Source: Gracilinanus agilis (Eukaryota). Taken from it: a stretch of DNA of 64,000 bases. This document shows, one piece after another, positions 61,100-64,000 of the stretch (positions are counted from its first letter, which is position 1; every line of letters starts with the position of its first letter). The stretch lies in NCBI RefSeq assembly GCF_016433145.1, contig NC_058134.1:73487547-73551546 (forward strand). Direction: 5' to 3'. The position numbers were made by a program, and so were the translations under genes. The notes under the pieces were generated by a model. The model made no database searches. It was not told where the DNA came from and saw only the letters and a list, made by a program, of their open reading frames with translations.

Positions 61100-63860
61100 T
61101 GATAAGAACCTTTCCATCACTCCTCTGTAGATGATTTTCTAGTAAAGTTTTTAATAAACATTTAAGTGTCCTGGTTTGATGTCATGTCATGCAAAGAATA
61201 ATCAAGCGGACCAGCCTGTTGAAGCACACCCATCTCATGAAGCTCTCTCAGCCTGTCTTGCAATGATGTTATATAACTTGCAATTTGGTTATCACCACCC
61301 AGAATTGAAATAAAAGTTGGCTTACACATTTTAGTTTGTAACAGAGCATGGCCATATAACATTTCAAAAGGAGAGATATGCTGATCTCCACTAGGTCAAG
61401 TATGGAGATAGAAAAGAGTTATTGGAAGGATTTCAGGCCATTTTAAATGATTCTCTGAACAGATTTTTGCCATTCATGGTCTTTAATTCTCCGTTAAGCC
61501 TTTCTATCTGTTCTGAGCTCTGGGTATTGTAAGGAGTATGAAAACTACCTCAATTCCCAAATTTTCACAAACCTGTTTTAAAATGGATTCTGAAAAAATC
61601 TGTCCTCCAGTCTGGGACCACAACACAAAAAATGAGGCATTATCTCCTTTAATAATCCTTTTGTCACAACTCCTGCAGTGTTCTTATTTGCAGGAAATAC
61701 TTCTGGCCAAAGTGTAAGTCTGTTTACAATCACTAGACAGTATTTAATTTTTCCAGCTTTAGGAATGCTAATAAAGTCTATTTGTATGCTCTTGAATGGA
61801 GTATATGCTAAAGGTCTGCCCCCTAACCCTCTCTTCTTAAATACTTCTTGATTAAACTTCATATAAATAGAACACTTTCCATAGATTTTTCTAGGAACAG
61901 ATGTGATTCCAAGGACCAGCCAAAATCATTTGACTGTTTCAACCAAGACTTTGATGCCAAAGTGTCCTTTACCATGAATAGAATTGCAAACTTGATAAAA
62001 TAACTGCTTTGGTAAGATGGGCTTCCCTGTGTCCAAGATCCATATCCTACTAAATTCTTTAGCTCCAAATTTATCTATCCATGTCTGAACTTAAGAATCA
62101 TTGGTTAGATCTGCTTCCTTAATGATTGAGAGACTCATGACATGGACAGGAGCTCTTCGGGCAGCAAATTTGACTATTTTATCTGCCCTATAATTTCCCT
62201 TAGACTCAGAGTCTGTCCCATAGCCATGGACTCTGCAATATGTTACAGATATTTGCTTTGGCAGCTGGATTCCCTCTAATAATTCTGTAATTACTTTTAC
62301 ATAGGCTATATCTGTTTCCCTGCAGATGTTAAATGACTCATTTCTCCATATTTCTCCCATTGCACAGGTAACAGAAAACACACATTTTGAATCTGTGTAA
62401 ATGTTCACATTCATGCCTTTCCCAATAATGCAGGCTTGCTTGAGAACCACCAACTCCACTCCTTGGGCACTCACATTGCTAGACAATGATATATACCATA
62501 CTATCTCATTTTCTGTCACTACTGCTGCCCCAGTGTACTTCACAACATTGTGCATATACGATGATCCATCGGTAAAAAAAACCAGGTCCAGATTTACAAT
62601 AGGAGCATCTTTTAGATCCAACCTATTCTTTTCAACCAACTTTACCACTTCCTCACACTGGTGGATTGGCTTACCCTTCATTGGTAAATCTGGCAACAGT
62701 GTTGCTGGTTTTAAAACATCACACCATCTCAAAGTGATGTTCTCATTGCTCATCAGTACTATCACATACTGAGACAGCCTCTGCTATGTAAACACTTGTT
62801 TATTACATTTGCGTAGCAATGCTTCTCTCTGATGAGTACAGTACACTGTAAGTTTTGAGACCAAAACTAAATCTGTTGATTTCTGTGACAACAGAGCAGC
62901 AGCAGCTACCCCTTTTAGACATGATACCATTGCTGCAGCCACAGAATTGAATTGTGAAGTATAATAAGCAACAGGTCTAAAATTAGTTCCTAAAGTATGT
63001 TCTAAGCACCCTGAAGCTACCCCTTTTGCTTCATGGACAAAGAGATGGGATTCTTTGCTATAGTCCGGTATGCCTAATGCAGGAGCTACTAGCATTGCCC
63101 CTTTTAGTTTTGCCAGAGCTTGCGTTTGCTCAACAGTGAGCCTTAAGAGTTCTGTCACAGCATTTCTTGTCAGATCTGTCAGATACTTAGTTATTTCACT
63201 ATACCCTGGGATCCATGGATGGCAGAACCCTATAGTCCCCAGAATAGCCCTCAGCTGTTTTTTGGTCTTTGGAGCACTGAGTTTCAGTATGTCAGCTATT
63301 CTTTTCTGGGAAATAATTCTTGTGCTCTTTGCTAACACAAATCCTAAGTACTTAACTCTGGACAAATACCACTGCAGTTTGGTTTTGAATTTATACAACA
63401 CACAAACAAGCCTTGTACTGTCCCTAAAACAGATCTTTGCATTTGGGGATGCTAAGAGGATGTCACATACAAAATGCACCAATTTTCTTTCCTTGAATAT
63501 TATTGTTTTCAGATCTTTTTTAAGGATTTGAGAAAACAGGGAGAGTCTTTGCCAACAGATTGATTCCCTTCCCAAGTGAAAGCAAATATTTTTTGACTAC
63601 CTTTGTGAATGGGGCTAGAAAAATAAGTGGAGCACAAATCTACAACTGTGTAGTATCTGACATTGCTGGGAATAGAGGACAGAATGGTGGCTGGGCTTGG
63701 AACCACAACATAATTGATTATGAAATCATTGACAGCTCTTAAATCCTGTGTAAATCTCCATGTTGGTCTACCTTGATCATCTAATTTTGCTTTTTTTAAT
63801 TGGCAGAATTGGTATATTGTATTCAGAAAAGGTTGGGACAATTATTCCTTGGTTGCAGAG
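61100..63860 (-). mobile_element. pol: Class I ERV pol (RT, tether, RNase H, integrase), the least decayed copy
   Basis: WRFTQDLRAVN...VVDLCSTYFS (63509-63841), RT/tether 62784-63575, RNase H FTDGSS...QGVELV...YTDSK...GNYRAD (62091-62765), integrase FKSIQIDFISIP (61578-61862). Confidence 0.93.
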
Positions 63861-64000
63861 AGATTTGATTATTGGGCGAATTCCTTCGATAGCTTTCTTA
63901 CTAAGCTTGTACTTGGGAATTCTTAGAGGAGGTCCTGACTTAGTTCTTATTTTAACTAGGGTTATAGATTTCAGTCACCCAACATCTGTGGAAAACTTAG

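Larger units (their letters stand above)
58560..61100 (-). mobile_element. ERV 3' tail (charged segment, then G-poor AT-rich segment), interrupted by two LTRs
   Basis: Continuous with the integrase at 61100. Homologous to the tails at 35140-36240 and 55800-56140. Confidence 0.7.

Noticed and set aside
1-64000. env gene, host exons, tRNA/rRNA genes, CRISPR array
   Set aside because: No ISD/CX6CC-type env motifs or host-like domains in the ORF track. The tRNA-like sequences are SINE heads, and there is no repeat-spacer array.

Overview
A 64-kb marsupial genomic window (SINE1_Mdo-like SINEs point to a didelphid, probably Monodelphis) made almost entirely of decayed, deeply nested transposable elements. 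I find no host gene, RNA gene or CRISPR array. It contains about ten class I (gamma/epsilon-like) endogenous retrovirus gag/pro/pol remnants with no recognisable env, many solo or partial LTRs, three L1 elements, three tRNA-derived SINEs, three hAT MITE-type insertions, microsatellites and one assembly gap. Every ERV coding remnant, and every LTR I could orient, lies on the minus strand, the layout expected of a uni-strand antisense TE trap (piRNA-cluster-like) or an intron of an unseen plus-strand gene. Junction analysis recovers several target-site duplications (TSDs). These reconstruct a pol-less provirus nested in another pol gene, a gag-only ERV lineage with an unusual Cys/His C-terminal Gag extension, an L1 with a short 3' transduction, a TSD-flanked 3'-truncated L1, a 153-bp mini-LTR and a 184-bp palindrome built from two mini-hAT units. 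Family names are recognised by eye and need RepeatMasker/Dfam confirmation. LTR boundaries without TSDs are approximate.
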